NCBI GenBank assembly: GCA_004563195.1
Contig: SFTJ01000004.1
Location: forward strand, 531 to 64,530
DNA from: a bacterium
GTDB taxonomy: Bacteria; Bacteroidota; Bacteroidia; Bacteroidales; Muribaculaceae
Reading direction: 5' to 3'
Length of the DNA stretch: 64,000 nt
The notes beneath the pieces are model-generated. The model was not told the origin of the DNA. It saw only the letters and a list, made by a program, of their open reading frames with translations, and made no database searches. Within the stretch, counting starts at the first letter, position 1, and each line of letters starts with the position of its first letter. The position numbers were made by a program, and so were the translations under genes. This document shows positions 27,136-38,936 of the stretch, piece by piece.

Positions 27136-28389
27136 TTATTGTTTCACCGAGGGCAAGTTTATCAGTTGGCCTGCCAGATAGCATAGGGTGGCTACCACCA
27201 TACCATTGATTGAGGGCACGCCCCATGGCACAAAATTGGCAACCACGGCTCCGGCTATCACGCCTGTCACTGCGCCCCAATCCACATTCTTTATCTTCAC
27301 CGTGTCGGTAACAAATGCCTTGCGATTGGTGAAATATGCCACCACTATGATGATGCCCACCGGCGGCAAGGTGCAGTTGAGTATATTCAAAAATCCGCAG
27401 AAGTTATAGTAGAGCCATTCGGCCATAACGGTGCCTATCAGGCCTGCCACGAGCACCATGGTGCTTTTCTTCATCTTGAATATGTTGGCAAGTCCGAGGC
27501 CCACGGAGTAGAGAGCATTATCGTTGGTGGTCCAGATGTTCAAGCCGAGCACAAGTATGGCGGCATAGAAGAGATTGAGCTTGAGCATAACATCGAAGAT
27601 GTCGTTTCCGCCCACAAAAATCGACGAAACTGCGCCGAAGCAAAACATCAAACTGTTGCCGATGAAAAATGCCACTATCGAGATGATGCAACCCATCTTT
27701 CCGCTCTTGGAGAAGCGGGTGAAATTGGGCGTAGCGCTACCGCCCGACACAAAGCTGCCTATCACCAGTCCGGCTCCGCCTATCACGCCGAGGTCGGTGG
27801 TCTTTACGGCAAATTGCTCTATTATCGACCCATTGCCTTGCATCACTGCCATCACCATGGCTATGGTGCCGAGTATTGCCACACACGGCACGGCTATAAA
27901 ACTTATAATGGTAAGACTCTTTATGCCTCGATAGGCGCTGGCGGTCATACACACGCCTGCCAGTGCCACAAGCGCATATTCCACCGTCTTGTCACCGCCG
28001 AGCAGTTGGGTGGCTACCGGGATGGCAAACATGGCAAGACCCACGCCGAACCAACCCATCTGTGTGAACGAAATCATGGCGCTGGGCAGATAACTGCCGT
28101 AGCGACCGAAGCTGCGTATGGCGAGGTTATCGAGCGACAGTCCGCTTTCGCCGCCCACATAGCCCAGTGCGCCGGTGTAGGCTCCGAGTAATGCGCCGCC
28201 AAACACCAACGCGCCAATAAATTGCTGAAAATCGAGCCCTTCAGCCAATTTCTGTCCTACCCACATACTCGCCGAGAAGAAGGTGAATCCCATCATTATC
28301 ATAAACATTTTCAAAAATCCACGACGGGCTTCTTGTGGCACGCGCTCGTTGGTGTAATCGATGTCGAGTTTTGCGGTCTGATTGCTCAT
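27136..28389 (-). CDS. codB: cytosine permease (NCS1 family)
   Basis: 417 aa. Colinear with my recollection of E. coli CodB: GFTFFSASMW, QMGWFGVGLAMFAIPV, VAFFIGNSLMF, LGLNIWTTNDNALYS. Confidence 0.88.
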   Translation of the reverse strand: MSNQTAKLDIDYTNERVPQEARRGFLKMFMIMMGFTFFSASMWVGQKLAEGLDFQQFIGALVFGGALLGAYTGALGYVGGESGLSLDNLAIRSFGRYGSYLPSAMISFTQMGWFGVGLAMFAIPVATQLLGGDKTVEYALVALAGVCMTASAYRGIKSLTIISFIAVPCVAILGTIAMVMAVMQGNGSIIEQFAVKTTDLGVIGGAGLVIGSFVSGGSATPNFTRFSKSGKMGCIISIVAFFIGNSLMFCFGAVSSIFVGGNDIFDVMLKLNLFYAAILVLGLNIWTTNDNALYSVGLGLANIFKMKKSTMVLVAGLIGTVMAEWLYYNFCGFLNILNCTLPPVGIIIVVAYFTNRKAFVTDTVKIKNVDWGAVTGVIAGAVVANFVPWGVPSINGMVVATLCYLAGQLINLPSVKQ

Positions 28390-28451
28390 AGTCTTAGGTT
28401 TTTATAGTTTCAATATCTCTGTTGCTTATTCTCTCTATTTTTGAACGATTT

Positions 28452-29543
28452 TTACATATATTTCCCCAAAGCGAGGCGCACTTGTTGCAGGCGCGTTTCG
28501 CACAATTGCTTGATATTAAGCGTCTCCGACTGTGATAGGAAGGCTGCTTCGGCTTCGTATTGACGCTTCAGTTCCACTTTTTTGAGTTTTTGATAGTGAT
28601 TCAGGTCAATCCACTGCTCAAATGTGGTGCCTTGGCTGTAGCCGAGCTTTTCTTCGGTAAATGCCTTCACATCCACCTCATCGGCCACTCGTTGCAGACT
28701 TTCCCAATATTCCACCACCTCTTCGTAGTGGTCGGGGATTTCATATCGGCGCGCGCCGCCGTCGTAGATTATGCATTTCTCGTAGATGGCATTGCCGTTG
28801 TTGATTACCGCTTTGCGAAATTCGGGTGCCACCACGCCGTCGCGCCAGTAGAAGTCGATGTTCGGCACATTCACGCCTGCCACTCCAAAGTCGCTATACA
28901 CCGAGAAAATACCCTCATAGAACACGCAGTGGCAACCATGGAACGAGGGCCACAATTCGCGTGCTCGAGCGGTGAGCGACTCAAGCACATCGATGGCTCG
29001 TGTGCCGCCCACGGTGAAAAATATCATTCGGCGCAGTTGCACACCGGCTCTGTGATATTCGTCGAAGATATAGTTGATGCACTTCACCAAGGTGTCGCCG
29101 GTGGCTATGATGTCGCCCACGAGCAGGGTGGCGTTGGCATCGATGTGATTCTTTTTATATCGTATGTCGAGCCCGGTAATCATGCGTTCGGGCGAAATTA
29201 CTCGTTCGCACGACAGGAAACTCATGTTATCCACCTGTATTCCGCACTTGTAGCAACCTTCCTCGAGAGGATAATTGAGTCCGCCGCGCAATATGGTGAG
29301 AATGTTGGCTTTAGTGGTCAGATTATTCTCCTTGAAGTATTCGAGGGCTGTGATAGTGGGTGCCAAGGTGCACTGATAGGTGTCGTAGCCCACCACCTCG
29401 GGATGCATCATCAGTTTGGTGCTGCCTGGATTCGACGCTACATAATAATTGTTGCTCAGATGCGGTGCATCGAGCTGATAGAGTTGCGTACCATTTTTAT
29501 ATCGCACCGGAGTAAGGCTTGTGCCTTGCAAAATATCTTTCAT
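28452..29543 (-). CDS. divergent type-I phosphoribosyltransferase (UPRT-like core with about 100-aa C-terminal extension), function unknown
   Basis: 363 aa. ILRGGL (aa 84-89) resembles the UPRT ILRAGLG loop, and LLVGDIIATGDTL (aa 140-152) resembles the PRPP-binding motif. Their spacing is close to that in E. coli Upp as I recall it. Confidence 0.55.
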   Translation of the reverse strand: MKDILQGTSLTPVRYKNGTQLYQLDAPHLSNNYYVASNPGSTKLMMHPEVVGYDTYQCTLAPTITALEYFKENNLTTKANILTILRGGLNYPLEEGCYKCGIQVDNMSFLSCERVISPERMITGLDIRYKKNHIDANATLLVGDIIATGDTLVKCINYIFDEYHRAGVQLRRMIFFTVGGTRAIDVLESLTARARELWPSFHGCHCVFYEGIFSVYSDFGVAGVNVPNIDFYWRDGVVAPEFRKAVINNGNAIYEKCIIYDGGARRYEIPDHYEEVVEYWESLQRVADEVDVKAFTEEKLGYSQGTTFEQWIDLNHYQKLKKVELKRQYEAEAAFLSQSETLNIKQLCETRLQQVRLALGKYM

Positions 29544-29576
29544 TGGTATCTTGAATAATTATTATTTTTTGTTGGG

Positions 29577-30023
29577 TTATCGTTTTTTCTTGAAAAAATC
29601 AGTCATGATGGCGGCACATTCATCGGCAAGCACTCCGCCTTGCACCACGGTCTTGCGGTGAAAGGGATTGGAGCAGAAGGTGTGATATCCGCGCTTATCG
29701 TCGGCTGCGCCATACACCACTCGCGATATCTGGCTCCATCCGAGCGCCCCGGCGCACATCAGGCAAGGCTCCACAGTAACATATAAAGTGCAGTCAACCA
29801 GATATTTGCCGCCAAGCATATTGGTAGCCGATGTGATGGCTTGCATCTCGGCATGGGCGGTGACATCGGTGAGAGTCTCGGTGAGGTTATGACCGCGGGC
29901 TATCACCTGTCCACGGCTCACTATCACTGCTCCTATAGGCACCTCATCGGCTTCGTAAGCCCTGCGTGCCTCGGCAAGCGCCATGCGCATATATTTTTCG
30001 TCGTCACTCTGATTTTGATTCAT
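29577..30023 (-). CDS. tadA: tRNA adenosine(34) deaminase
   Basis: 148 aa. HAEMQAI and TLYVTVEPCLMCAGAL...RVVYGAADDKRG are the canonical TadA zinc motifs. Confidence 0.88.
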   Translation of the reverse strand: MNQNQSDDEKYMRMALAEARRAYEADEVPIGAVIVSRGQVIARGHNLTETLTDVTAHAEMQAITSATNMLGGKYLVDCTLYVTVEPCLMCAGALGWSQISRVVYGAADDKRGYHTFCSNPFHRKTVVQGGVLADECAAIMTDFFKKKR

Positions 30024-30041
30024 CGCTTGAGTTGGGGGGGG

Positions 30042-32504
30042 TTATTCTCGATAATACACGCGCTTGACGCGGGTAGATATCGATGTTAATATTTCGTATG
30101 GTATGGTTCCTCGCACTTCAGCAAGGCGTTCCACGGCTATGTGTTCGCCGAATATCTCCACATTGTCGCCTTCATGGCAATCGGCATCGGTAACGTCGAT
30201 CATGCACACATCCATGCATATATTGCCCACTGTGGGGCATAGGGTGCCGTTAACCCACATGCTTATGTTGCCGTTGCCGAAGTGGCGGTCGATGCCATCG
30301 GCATAGCCCACGGGTATGGTGGCTATGCGCGACTTGCGCTTGAGCACGCCGCGGCGGCCGTAGCCTATGGTGATGCCTTCGTCCCACTCTTTTATCGATA
30401 TTATCACCGATCGCAGCGACGACACGGGCACAAGCGACGACTCGCTGCCGTCGTTGGTGGTGGCTATGCCATAGAGGCCTATGCCCAAACGCACCATATC
30501 GCACTGATGCTCGGGGAAGCGCACTATGCCTGTGGTATTGAGTATGTGGCGCATTATTTTATGCGAAAATGCGGCTTGCAACTTGGCGCAGCAGCGGTCG
30601 AAATAGTCGAATTGCTGCTGTGTGTAATCGTCCTTCTCGGGCTCGTCGGCCACAGCGAGATGCGAGAACACGGTGGCGGGCTCTATGGCGTCCTGACTGT
30701 GCAGTAGTTCTATCAGTTCGGGCAACTGCTCCTCGAGAAATCCCAATCGGTGCATGCCGGTGTCGAGTTTTATGTGCACGGGATAGTGGCTGATGCCGTT
30801 TTTCTGCGCTTCGCGTATTATCATGCGGCACTCATCGAGGCAGTAGACCTCTGGCTCGAGATTGTAGGCAAACATTGCCTTGTAGTTCTCCACTCGCGGA
30901 TTAAGCACCATTATCTTGGCTGTGATGCCTGCCTTGCGCAGCTCCACGCCCTCGTCGTGCACTGCCACGGCTATATATGCCACGCCGCTGTCCTGAACAG
31001 TCTTGGCAAGTTCGTAACTACCTGCGCCATAACCCGATGCCTTGAGCATGCACACCATCTTGGTGGTGGGCTTGAGCAGCGAGCGGAAGAAGTTGTAGTT
31101 GTTGACCAATGCATCGAGGTTTACTTCCATCACGGTCTCGTGCTGCTTTGCCTCGAGCATATCGATTATCGGTTCGAAGTCATATTGCGGCGAACCTTTC
31201 ACAAGTATGGTCTCGGCATCGAAATCGCCGGGCGACACGGCTTGCATAAAGTGGCTGACGCTACGATAGAATGCCTTATTGCCCTCGAAATGATGTGCAT
31301 AGCGACTTATCTCCTCGCCTATGCCTATCACGCGGCTCACTCCTTTCTGCTTGAGCAGTTCGCCTATGTGGGCATACACCATATCGGTGCCGAACGACTC
31401 GTGTGCGGCATCGCTCAGCACCACGGTCATGCGCGATTTCTCTATGGCGCGACGCCACATAAAATCGAGCGCCGGGGCAAGCGAATTATAGTCGCTGGGA
31501 TAGCTGTCGGCTATCACCATGCAGCCATTGATGCCTTCTATCACATTGGTGCGGGTCTTTACGGGCTTTAATTGTGCCACGCGGGCGGCTATCTCTTCGG
31601 GACTCACACCCATGTGCAGCAGCAGGGTCACGCAGTTCATCACATTGCTCACGCTGCCCACATTTATAAAGGGTATGTTAAGCCGGTGGCTCTTTCCGCC
31701 GTAGCGATACTGCACCTCGGTGCTGCGGCGCTGCACCATATTGCTCTCTATCACCACATCGGCGGTTCGGTCGGTTTCCGACCACAGCACTTTGCGCGCC
31801 GATGTGCCGCGCATGGCATCGGCAATGAGCTGGTTGTCGGCAAAATAGGTCACTTCGTCGCACCGGTCGAAAAGCAGAGCTTTCTCGCGTGCCTTGTCCT
31901 CGAGTGAGGCAAAATTCTCGCCGTGTTCGTCGCCGAGCATGGTGAATATGCCATGTGTGGGATTGATGATGCGGCTCAGTGCTGCCATCTCGCCGGGGCG
32001 CGATATGCCGGCTTCGATTATGGCTATGCGGGTGTTGTCGTCGATGTCCCAAAGCGATAGCGGCACGCCTATCTGCGAATTAAAACTTCGCGGCGAGCGC
32101 ACCACATTGTAGTCGGGACTAAGCAGTTGATAGAGCCACTCTTTCACGGTGGTCTTGCCGCAACTGCCGGTGATGGCTATCACGGGAATGTGAAATCGGC
32201 TGCGATGATAGGCAGCCAGGCGTTGCAATGCCTCCACCACATTGTCCACTTGCAGATAATTGGCATCGGCGGGAAGTCCGTCGGTATGTTCCACCACGAA
32301 GTTTCTAACGCCGAGGCTATGAAGATGACACACATAGCGGTGTCCGTCGTTGTTCTTTGTCTTAATGGCGAAAAACAATGTCGCTTCGGGATACGTGAGT
32401 GAGCGTGAGTCGGTAAGCAAATAACTTACCTCATCATCGTCATACACCAATCGGGTGTCGTCGACGCCCAATATCGAAGCTATCTCTCTTATGGAATATT
32501 TCAT
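30042..32504 (-). CDS. murF/alr: bifunctional UDP-MurNAc-tripeptide:D-Ala-D-Ala ligase / alanine racemase
   Basis: 820 aa. The N-terminal half has the Mur ligase P-loop ITGSCGKTT. The C-terminal half resembles alanine racemase (VNLDAL..N, LKASGYGAG). This fusion is typical of Bacteroidota. Confidence 0.9.
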   Translation of the reverse strand: MKYSIREIASILGVDDTRLVYDDDEVSYLLTDSRSLTYPEATLFFAIKTKNNDGHRYVCHLHSLGVRNFVVEHTDGLPADANYLQVDNVVEALQRLAAYHRSRFHIPVIAITGSCGKTTVKEWLYQLLSPDYNVVRSPRSFNSQIGVPLSLWDIDDNTRIAIIEAGISRPGEMAALSRIINPTHGIFTMLGDEHGENFASLEDKAREKALLFDRCDEVTYFADNQLIADAMRGTSARKVLWSETDRTADVVIESNMVQRRSTEVQYRYGGKSHRLNIPFINVGSVSNVMNCVTLLLHMGVSPEEIAARVAQLKPVKTRTNVIEGINGCMVIADSYPSDYNSLAPALDFMWRRAIEKSRMTVVLSDAAHESFGTDMVYAHIGELLKQKGVSRVIGIGEEISRYAHHFEGNKAFYRSVSHFMQAVSPGDFDAETILVKGSPQYDFEPIIDMLEAKQHETVMEVNLDALVNNYNFFRSLLKPTTKMVCMLKASGYGAGSYELAKTVQDSGVAYIAVAVHDEGVELRKAGITAKIMVLNPRVENYKAMFAYNLEPEVYCLDECRMIIREAQKNGISHYPVHIKLDTGMHRLGFLEEQLPELIELLHSQDAIEPATVFSHLAVADEPEKDDYTQQQFDYFDRCCAKLQAAFSHKIMRHILNTTGIVRFPEHQCDMVRLGIGLYGIATTNDGSESSLVPVSSLRSVIISIKEWDEGITIGYGRRGVLKRKSRIATIPVGYADGIDRHFGNGNISMWVNGTLCPTVGNICMDVCMIDVTDADCHEGDNVEIFGEHIAVERLAEVRGTIPYEILTSISTRVKRVYYRE

Positions 32505-32508
32505 TGTT

Positions 32509-33486
32509 TCAATCCAAAATGTTTCTTATCTCTGATATGTTGGCTATATAAGGATATTCTCTAAGCAAATTGCCCACCACGGTGCGAGTGTCGGCATTAA
32601 AACGCTCTATGGCTTCGCGATTGTCGGTCATTGGCCTGTGCATAAGGCGCTTATACACGCGCTCGCAGCGCGCTGCTGCCTGTGCCGTGCGATCGTCGAA
32701 ATAGGTGGCTTGGAAGGTTTGCCAGATATATTCTATCGCGGTCTCGCTGGGGTGTACCATATCGGCGGCATAGAAGCGATAGTCGCGCAAGTCGTCGAGC
32801 ATTATCTCAAATGCGGGGAAATAGCTCACCATATCCTTGAACCTGCCGGCAAGGGTGCTCGCCACCACGCGAAGCGATGCCTTGCTCAGCATGTTGGTCT
32901 CGAGGCCATCGGCCACGTGGCGTATGGGACTCACGGTGATTATCACTTTGATGTCGGGATTAAATTCACGCAGGCGAGTGAGGCTGTGGTCGAGCACTTC
33001 GGTCATGGCCTCGATGCTCTCGGTTTTGCGCACAAACTCATGCTGGGGCACTTTATGGCAGTTGCTCACCACCTTGCCGGTGCTCTTGAGCCTGTACACC
33101 ACAGCGGTGCCGAGCGTTATTATCAGCGCTCTCGCTTGTCGCAGATGCTCGTGGGCGGCTGTGATGCGCTCGTTCATCATCTCCATGGCGCGCATCTTGT
33201 CGACGCGCGAAAACTTGCTGTGAAACAGGAAACTGTTCCACACGCCGCCGCTCTGAAACATGTGCGACCCGTCGACTGGCTCGCAATCGATGATGCGCTC
33301 TATAGAGGTGGCTATGCTGAAGGGATTGTAAAGCGTTCCAAAGGGGTTGATATCCACATTAAACATGGCGTGGCGCATCCGTGCCCCTATATTGTCGGAG
33401 AAACACGAACCCATCATCACCACCACGTCGCTGTGGCTTATCATGCCTCGATTCTCACTCGTCTTTATTGATGTACGGAATTCCAT
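32509..33486 (-). CDS. GSCFA-domain protein
   Basis: 325 aa with the eponymous motif MGSCFSDNIG near the N terminus. Confidence 0.8.
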   Translation of the reverse strand: MEFRTSIKTSENRGMISHSDVVVMMGSCFSDNIGARMRHAMFNVDINPFGTLYNPFSIATSIERIIDCEPVDGSHMFQSGGVWNSFLFHSKFSRVDKMRAMEMMNERITAAHEHLRQARALIITLGTAVVYRLKSTGKVVSNCHKVPQHEFVRKTESIEAMTEVLDHSLTRLREFNPDIKVIITVSPIRHVADGLETNMLSKASLRVVASTLAGRFKDMVSYFPAFEIMLDDLRDYRFYAADMVHPSETAIEYIWQTFQATYFDDRTAQAAARCERVYKRLMHRPMTDNREAIERFNADTRTVVGNLLREYPYIANISEIRNILD

Positions 33487-33775
33487 AACAATCTCTTTTT
33501 GTATTCTTTATCTTGCTACGATACAGCTCTATGCGCGCAGCTAAACTCGCATTTTGGCAGCATCGATGCAAAGATAGTGCAAATTGGGTGCATTAGCAAG
33601 AATAGCCCCGTTTTTCACTTTCTCTCACACATCGCAGGCACCACCGGGGTGAACTTGCCGAGGCGCCTCTGCCTCTCATTTTGCGCCACTGCGCACTCGC
33701 ATTGCCGCTTTTGCATCTCGTTATGGCTCTTTACCTGCATTTTTTACTTTTTTCACATTATTATAAAGGGTAAAA

Positions 33776-33807
33776 TTTCGCCATTTGGCCGATTTTTATT
33801 ATTTTTG
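33776..33807 (+). promoter_or_regulatory. candidate gyrB promoter (TTTC-N20-TATTTTTG)
   Basis: The -7 box TATTTTTG at 33800-33807 matches TAnnTTTG. An imperfect -33 (TTTC) lies at 33776-33779. The site is 108 nt upstream of the ATG. Confidence 0.3.
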
Positions 33808-33878
33808 TATGATTTTTATCCGCAATACGCCAACTGCCCGAAATAGCGGCATTTCTGAGCCCAAGGAGGTAATTTTAA

Positions 33879-35879
<2,001 letters not shown>

Positions 35880-35929
35880 TTTATATTATTGATGTCCGAT
35901 AAAAGTTGACTAACAAAAGAAAAATATGG

Positions 35930-35969
35930 CTCGGCTATCGTTTTCACGATGGCCGAGTCTGTTTTTTTT
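35930..35969 (+). terminator. intrinsic terminator of gyrB
   Basis: 11-bp stem CTCGGCTATCG / CGATGGCCGAG (10 Watson-Crick pairs plus 1 G-U), 6-nt loop, then a T8 run at 35962-35969. Confidence 0.8.
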
Positions 35970-36066
35970 GATTTCCAAGCCTCATCAGTCCGCCGCCCAC
36001 ACTTGCTTCACCGTTCTCGCCGCAAAAAACATCCGCGGAATCGATGTAAAATCCGACCTATGGGTC

Positions 36067-36136
36067 AAAAAATACCGACACTCCCACAACGCACAGGGCA
36101 AAAGCCCCAAAGCGCCGCGGGAGTGTTGCGTTTTTT
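36067..36136 (-). terminator. terminator hairpin downstream of the Stealth operon (T-runs on both sides)
   Basis: Stem CG-ACACTCCC (36076-36085) / GGGAGTGT-tg-CG (36119-36130) with an inner GGGC-AAAA-GCCC hairpin. It is flanked by A6 (36067-36072) and T6 (36131-36136). Confidence 0.55.
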
Positions 36137-36231
36137 ATGTTTCTCCCTCAAAAGCAGTTGATAACTACTCAAAGAGTATGCTCAAGCCACCTTTGCTGCA
36201 AAAAACTCACAACTCCGGGGGCAGTTTGTTA

Positions 36232-37164
36232 TTATTTCTCAAATTGCGACTTGTCAGGAAAAAGCGTGCCGAGAAAATCGATAGCACATTTTCGGTCGTC
36301 ATCGTTGGCAAACTGCGAGTCATTCATACAGAATAACATGGGATTGTATTTCTCGAACTTTCGATAAAGTTTTCTATTATCGATGTGAAACCTAAATGAA
36401 GTGCGTTGAGTAACATATTGCATATGCGCGCGCTTTTCTGCCAAAGGCACATACGAATAGATATTTCGTTGAATATCATTCATCGAGCGCACATGATTGG
36501 TAAGCGTGGCACTTATTTCTTTGTCGAAGACTTGCCTTGTATGCTCATAATTGCTCTTGAGGTATGCATCGATATTATGGTGGGTTTTACCACTGTAATA
36601 GGTGCCGTATTTTTTCTCCACCAACAATGCTGCGTTGTGAATGGTTTGTAGATAGTTGCTCAATTGTTTTCCCTGTACTTTTGTCTTAAATAGGAGATAC
36701 CATTTTCTAAATGGTCGGCGATTAAATCGTATGATGGGCAACAAATCTTTGGCAAAAAAAGTGTCAGGAGTCACCGGCTTGTTGAAATACAGATCATCGT
36801 TGCCATACAGGAAATGCTCCGAAAGTCCGGGAATCTTATGCAGATGATGCTCTATTATTACCGAATTAAAACAAGGCAAACATTCGGCGGGCAGAATCTC
36901 GGTATGGTCCACAATTTGAATCTTCGGATGCGTTGTATCGAGCCATTCCGGCACTTGATTGTCGGTAACGATAAAAATCTTCCGTATCCACGGTGCATAC
37001 TTCTCTAACGAACGCAAACTATATTTTAATTCATCATTACTTACATACCGCCCCTTACAATTCTTTTCATCTTTCGACGGTTCTCCTATACAGGCATTGC
37101 GCTTTGCTATCCACTTCGGGTCATTGCCGTCGACCCAAAGATACACGAAATCAATGTCAACCAT
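36232..37164 (-). CDS. Stealth-family hexose-1-phosphate (capsule-type) phosphotransferase, copy 2
   Basis: 310 aa. CR1 DFVYLWVDGNDPKW, CR2 YSLRSLEKYAPWIRKIFIVTDNQVPEWL and CR3 NSVIIEHHLHKIPGLSEHFLYGNDD. Confidence 0.85.
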   Translation of the reverse strand: MVDIDFVYLWVDGNDPKWIAKRNACIGEPSKDEKNCKGRYVSNDELKYSLRSLEKYAPWIRKIFIVTDNQVPEWLDTTHPKIQIVDHTEILPAECLPCFNSVIIEHHLHKIPGLSEHFLYGNDDLYFNKPVTPDTFFAKDLLPIIRFNRRPFRKWYLLFKTKVQGKQLSNYLQTIHNAALLVEKKYGTYYSGKTHHNIDAYLKSNYEHTRQVFDKEISATLTNHVRSMNDIQRNIYSYVPLAEKRAHMQYVTQRTSFRFHIDNRKLYRKFEKYNPMLFCMNDSQFANDDDRKCAIDFLGTLFPDKSQFEK

Positions 37165-37174
37165 ATACTTAAAA

Positions 37175-37978
37175 TTAAAGGTTTATTCGTTCATTTATTT
37201 CGGGGTAATGCTCTATTATCGCATTTAAAGCCGAGAGGTTACGGTCGGTTTTCCCCTTAAAGTTAATCGTTTTCAACGACAATTCTTTAGGTTTGTCTAA
37301 CCCGCGAGGCTTGTTGTGCCCAAATGGCACCGGTATCACCGGGTAACCATTCATAACTCCTGCCGCCCAAAACCAAATGTCATCGGTACTCGGAGCTATT
37401 TTGGTAAACAAATCCACATCCATCATATCTTTACGCAAGGAATGAGGAGGATATAACACGCCTCCCACTCCTGTCTGCAAATTCAAGTAACTCTTATGTA
37501 TTCTCTTAAAAAGGAAATCATACCAACGGTATTTTTTCCACTCACGATATGGCTTGCCCAACTTTATACGCTTTGCACGATGAGCCAACACCGCATCGGG
37601 TATTTGAGCATGTAGGTTCAACAAATCCTCCAGCATATGCCTATTGTATGCCACATCATCATCTAAAGTAACGATTATCGCTTCGGGAAAATCGATTAAT
37701 GCCGGAATGAGTTTGCGATAAGAACGTATATCCCTATCGTAATTCCTAATCTCAAAAATGGGACTGCTCTCCGATAGCGCCCTCAAACTTTCCGGAATCC
37801 CGTTTTCTTCGAATTGCGCAAAAGTGAGGTAAAGTATTAATTTGTCGGGAAGGACAGAGCCGTTCAAAACCGATTTAATAGCTTGTTCAGCATATTTAAT
37901 TGCCGCCGGGAATGACGTCAACGAAACCACAACTTGATGTTTTTGCATGTTAGAAGCCATATATAATTGTTTATACAA
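37175..37978 (-). CDS. putative GT-A fold glycosyltransferase
   Basis: 267 aa. VVVSLTSFPAAI...SVL..., a DxD-type motif IVTLDDDVAY and TDDIWFW. This pattern is common in capsule/LOS glycosyltransferases. No family assignment without an HMM search. Confidence 0.6.
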   Translation of the reverse strand: MYKQLYMASNMQKHQVVVSLTSFPAAIKYAEQAIKSVLNGSVLPDKLILYLTFAQFEENGIPESLRALSESSPIFEIRNYDRDIRSYRKLIPALIDFPEAIIVTLDDDVAYNRHMLEDLLNLHAQIPDAVLAHRAKRIKLGKPYREWKKYRWYDFLFKRIHKSYLNLQTGVGGVLYPPHSLRKDMMDVDLFTKIAPSTDDIWFWAAGVMNGYPVIPVPFGHNKPRGLDKPKELSLKTINFKGKTDRNLSALNAIIEHYPEINERINL

Positions 37979-38005
37979 GAATCTGAAAAATAAATCTCAC
38001 AGTCG

Positions 38006-38917
38006 CTACTCCGATACGCAAGTGTAGCTTGGTAACGGGCTCTTATCTTCTATGTCGTTGAGATCATATTGGTCGAAATACTCCGATTTTACGGTTTTCT
38101 GCTTACCGCTGGCTCTTCCTCGGGCTTGTTTTTCGATAAATTCCTCATACGATCTCACAGCATAATGGTTAATACGGATAATATCTTGCTGGGGTTCTCG
38201 GTTTCGAAAATTCTTTTTCACGGGTTGAGCGTGCGAATCTGCTATATATCCCGATATCTTTGCCGCCTCGTGACATCCTATCATCGCAAAAACCCTGCGG
38301 GGATTTACAATGCTTTTCACATGACGATTCAAGTAATGGTTAGGGGCGGAATGAAATCGAAATCTCTCCATCATCGTTCCGGGCGTCTTGGTTTTTCTGC
38401 CTCCACTGCCATATACCAGCCAGTTGATTTCTACCGCGGCAAACGACTCAAATCTCGTAAGGAACTCCGGTATCGAAGCATCCTTTAGGGGTACTATAAA
38501 TTCGTCTAAATCGATAAATGCAATCCATCGAGAAGCAAAACGATTGTGTTCCAAGCAATCATCATAAGCGGCTAATTGGCGTCGGTGTCCCGGCCAATAT
38601 TTGTATTCCACTATGCCCGATTTGATATAGGGGTCGAGAATGCTCTTCGTATCGTCGGTGCTTTCGTTATCGTATACATAAAATTTGTCCACACCCTGCT
38701 TCAGATGCCATTCTATCCATTCCTTGAAATACGGCCCTTCGTTTTTGGCTATTGCACACACCGACAAGTAATGCTTCGGGCTCGTATGGTCTTTCTTTAT
38801 TTGTGTCTTGAGCCTGATGGCATTAATCAAACCGAATCTCAGTATTCCTCTCCATCGGTTTCTTGTCATCTTGTGCGGGATTACCCCGGCTATTATTTCG
38901 GCGAGAACCTTGTTCAT
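38006..38917 (-). CDS. glycosyltransferase, GT92/GT2-like (DUF23-type)
   Basis: 303 aa. YLSVCAIAKNEGPYFKEWIEWHLKQGVDKFYVYDNESTDDT is the typical N-terminal signature of this group. Confidence 0.65.
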   Translation of the reverse strand: MNKVLAEIIAGVIPHKMTRNRWRGILRFGLINAIRLKTQIKKDHTSPKHYLSVCAIAKNEGPYFKEWIEWHLKQGVDKFYVYDNESTDDTKSILDPYIKSGIVEYKYWPGHRRQLAAYDDCLEHNRFASRWIAFIDLDEFIVPLKDASIPEFLTRFESFAAVEINWLVYGSGGRKTKTPGTMMERFRFHSAPNHYLNRHVKSIVNPRRVFAMIGCHEAAKISGYIADSHAQPVKKNFRNREPQQDIIRINHYAVRSYEEFIEKQARGRASGKQKTVKSEYFDQYDLNDIEDKSPLPSYTCVSE

Positions 38918-38936
38918 CGTATATTATAACTTATAT

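Noticed and set aside
29577-30023. Cytosine deaminase (FCY1-like) completing a codB salvage operon
   Set aside because: The sequence has the full TadA signature (HAEMQAI, TLYVTVEPCLMCAGA, RVVYGAADDKRG). It is most simply the essential tRNA A34 deaminase. A second activity cannot be excluded but is not supported.
35970-36136. Small RNA between two plus-strand terminator-like hairpins downstream of gyrB
   Set aside because: No TAnnTTTG-type promoter box lies in between. The second hairpin also has a T-run on the minus side and is well placed as the terminator of the Stealth operon.
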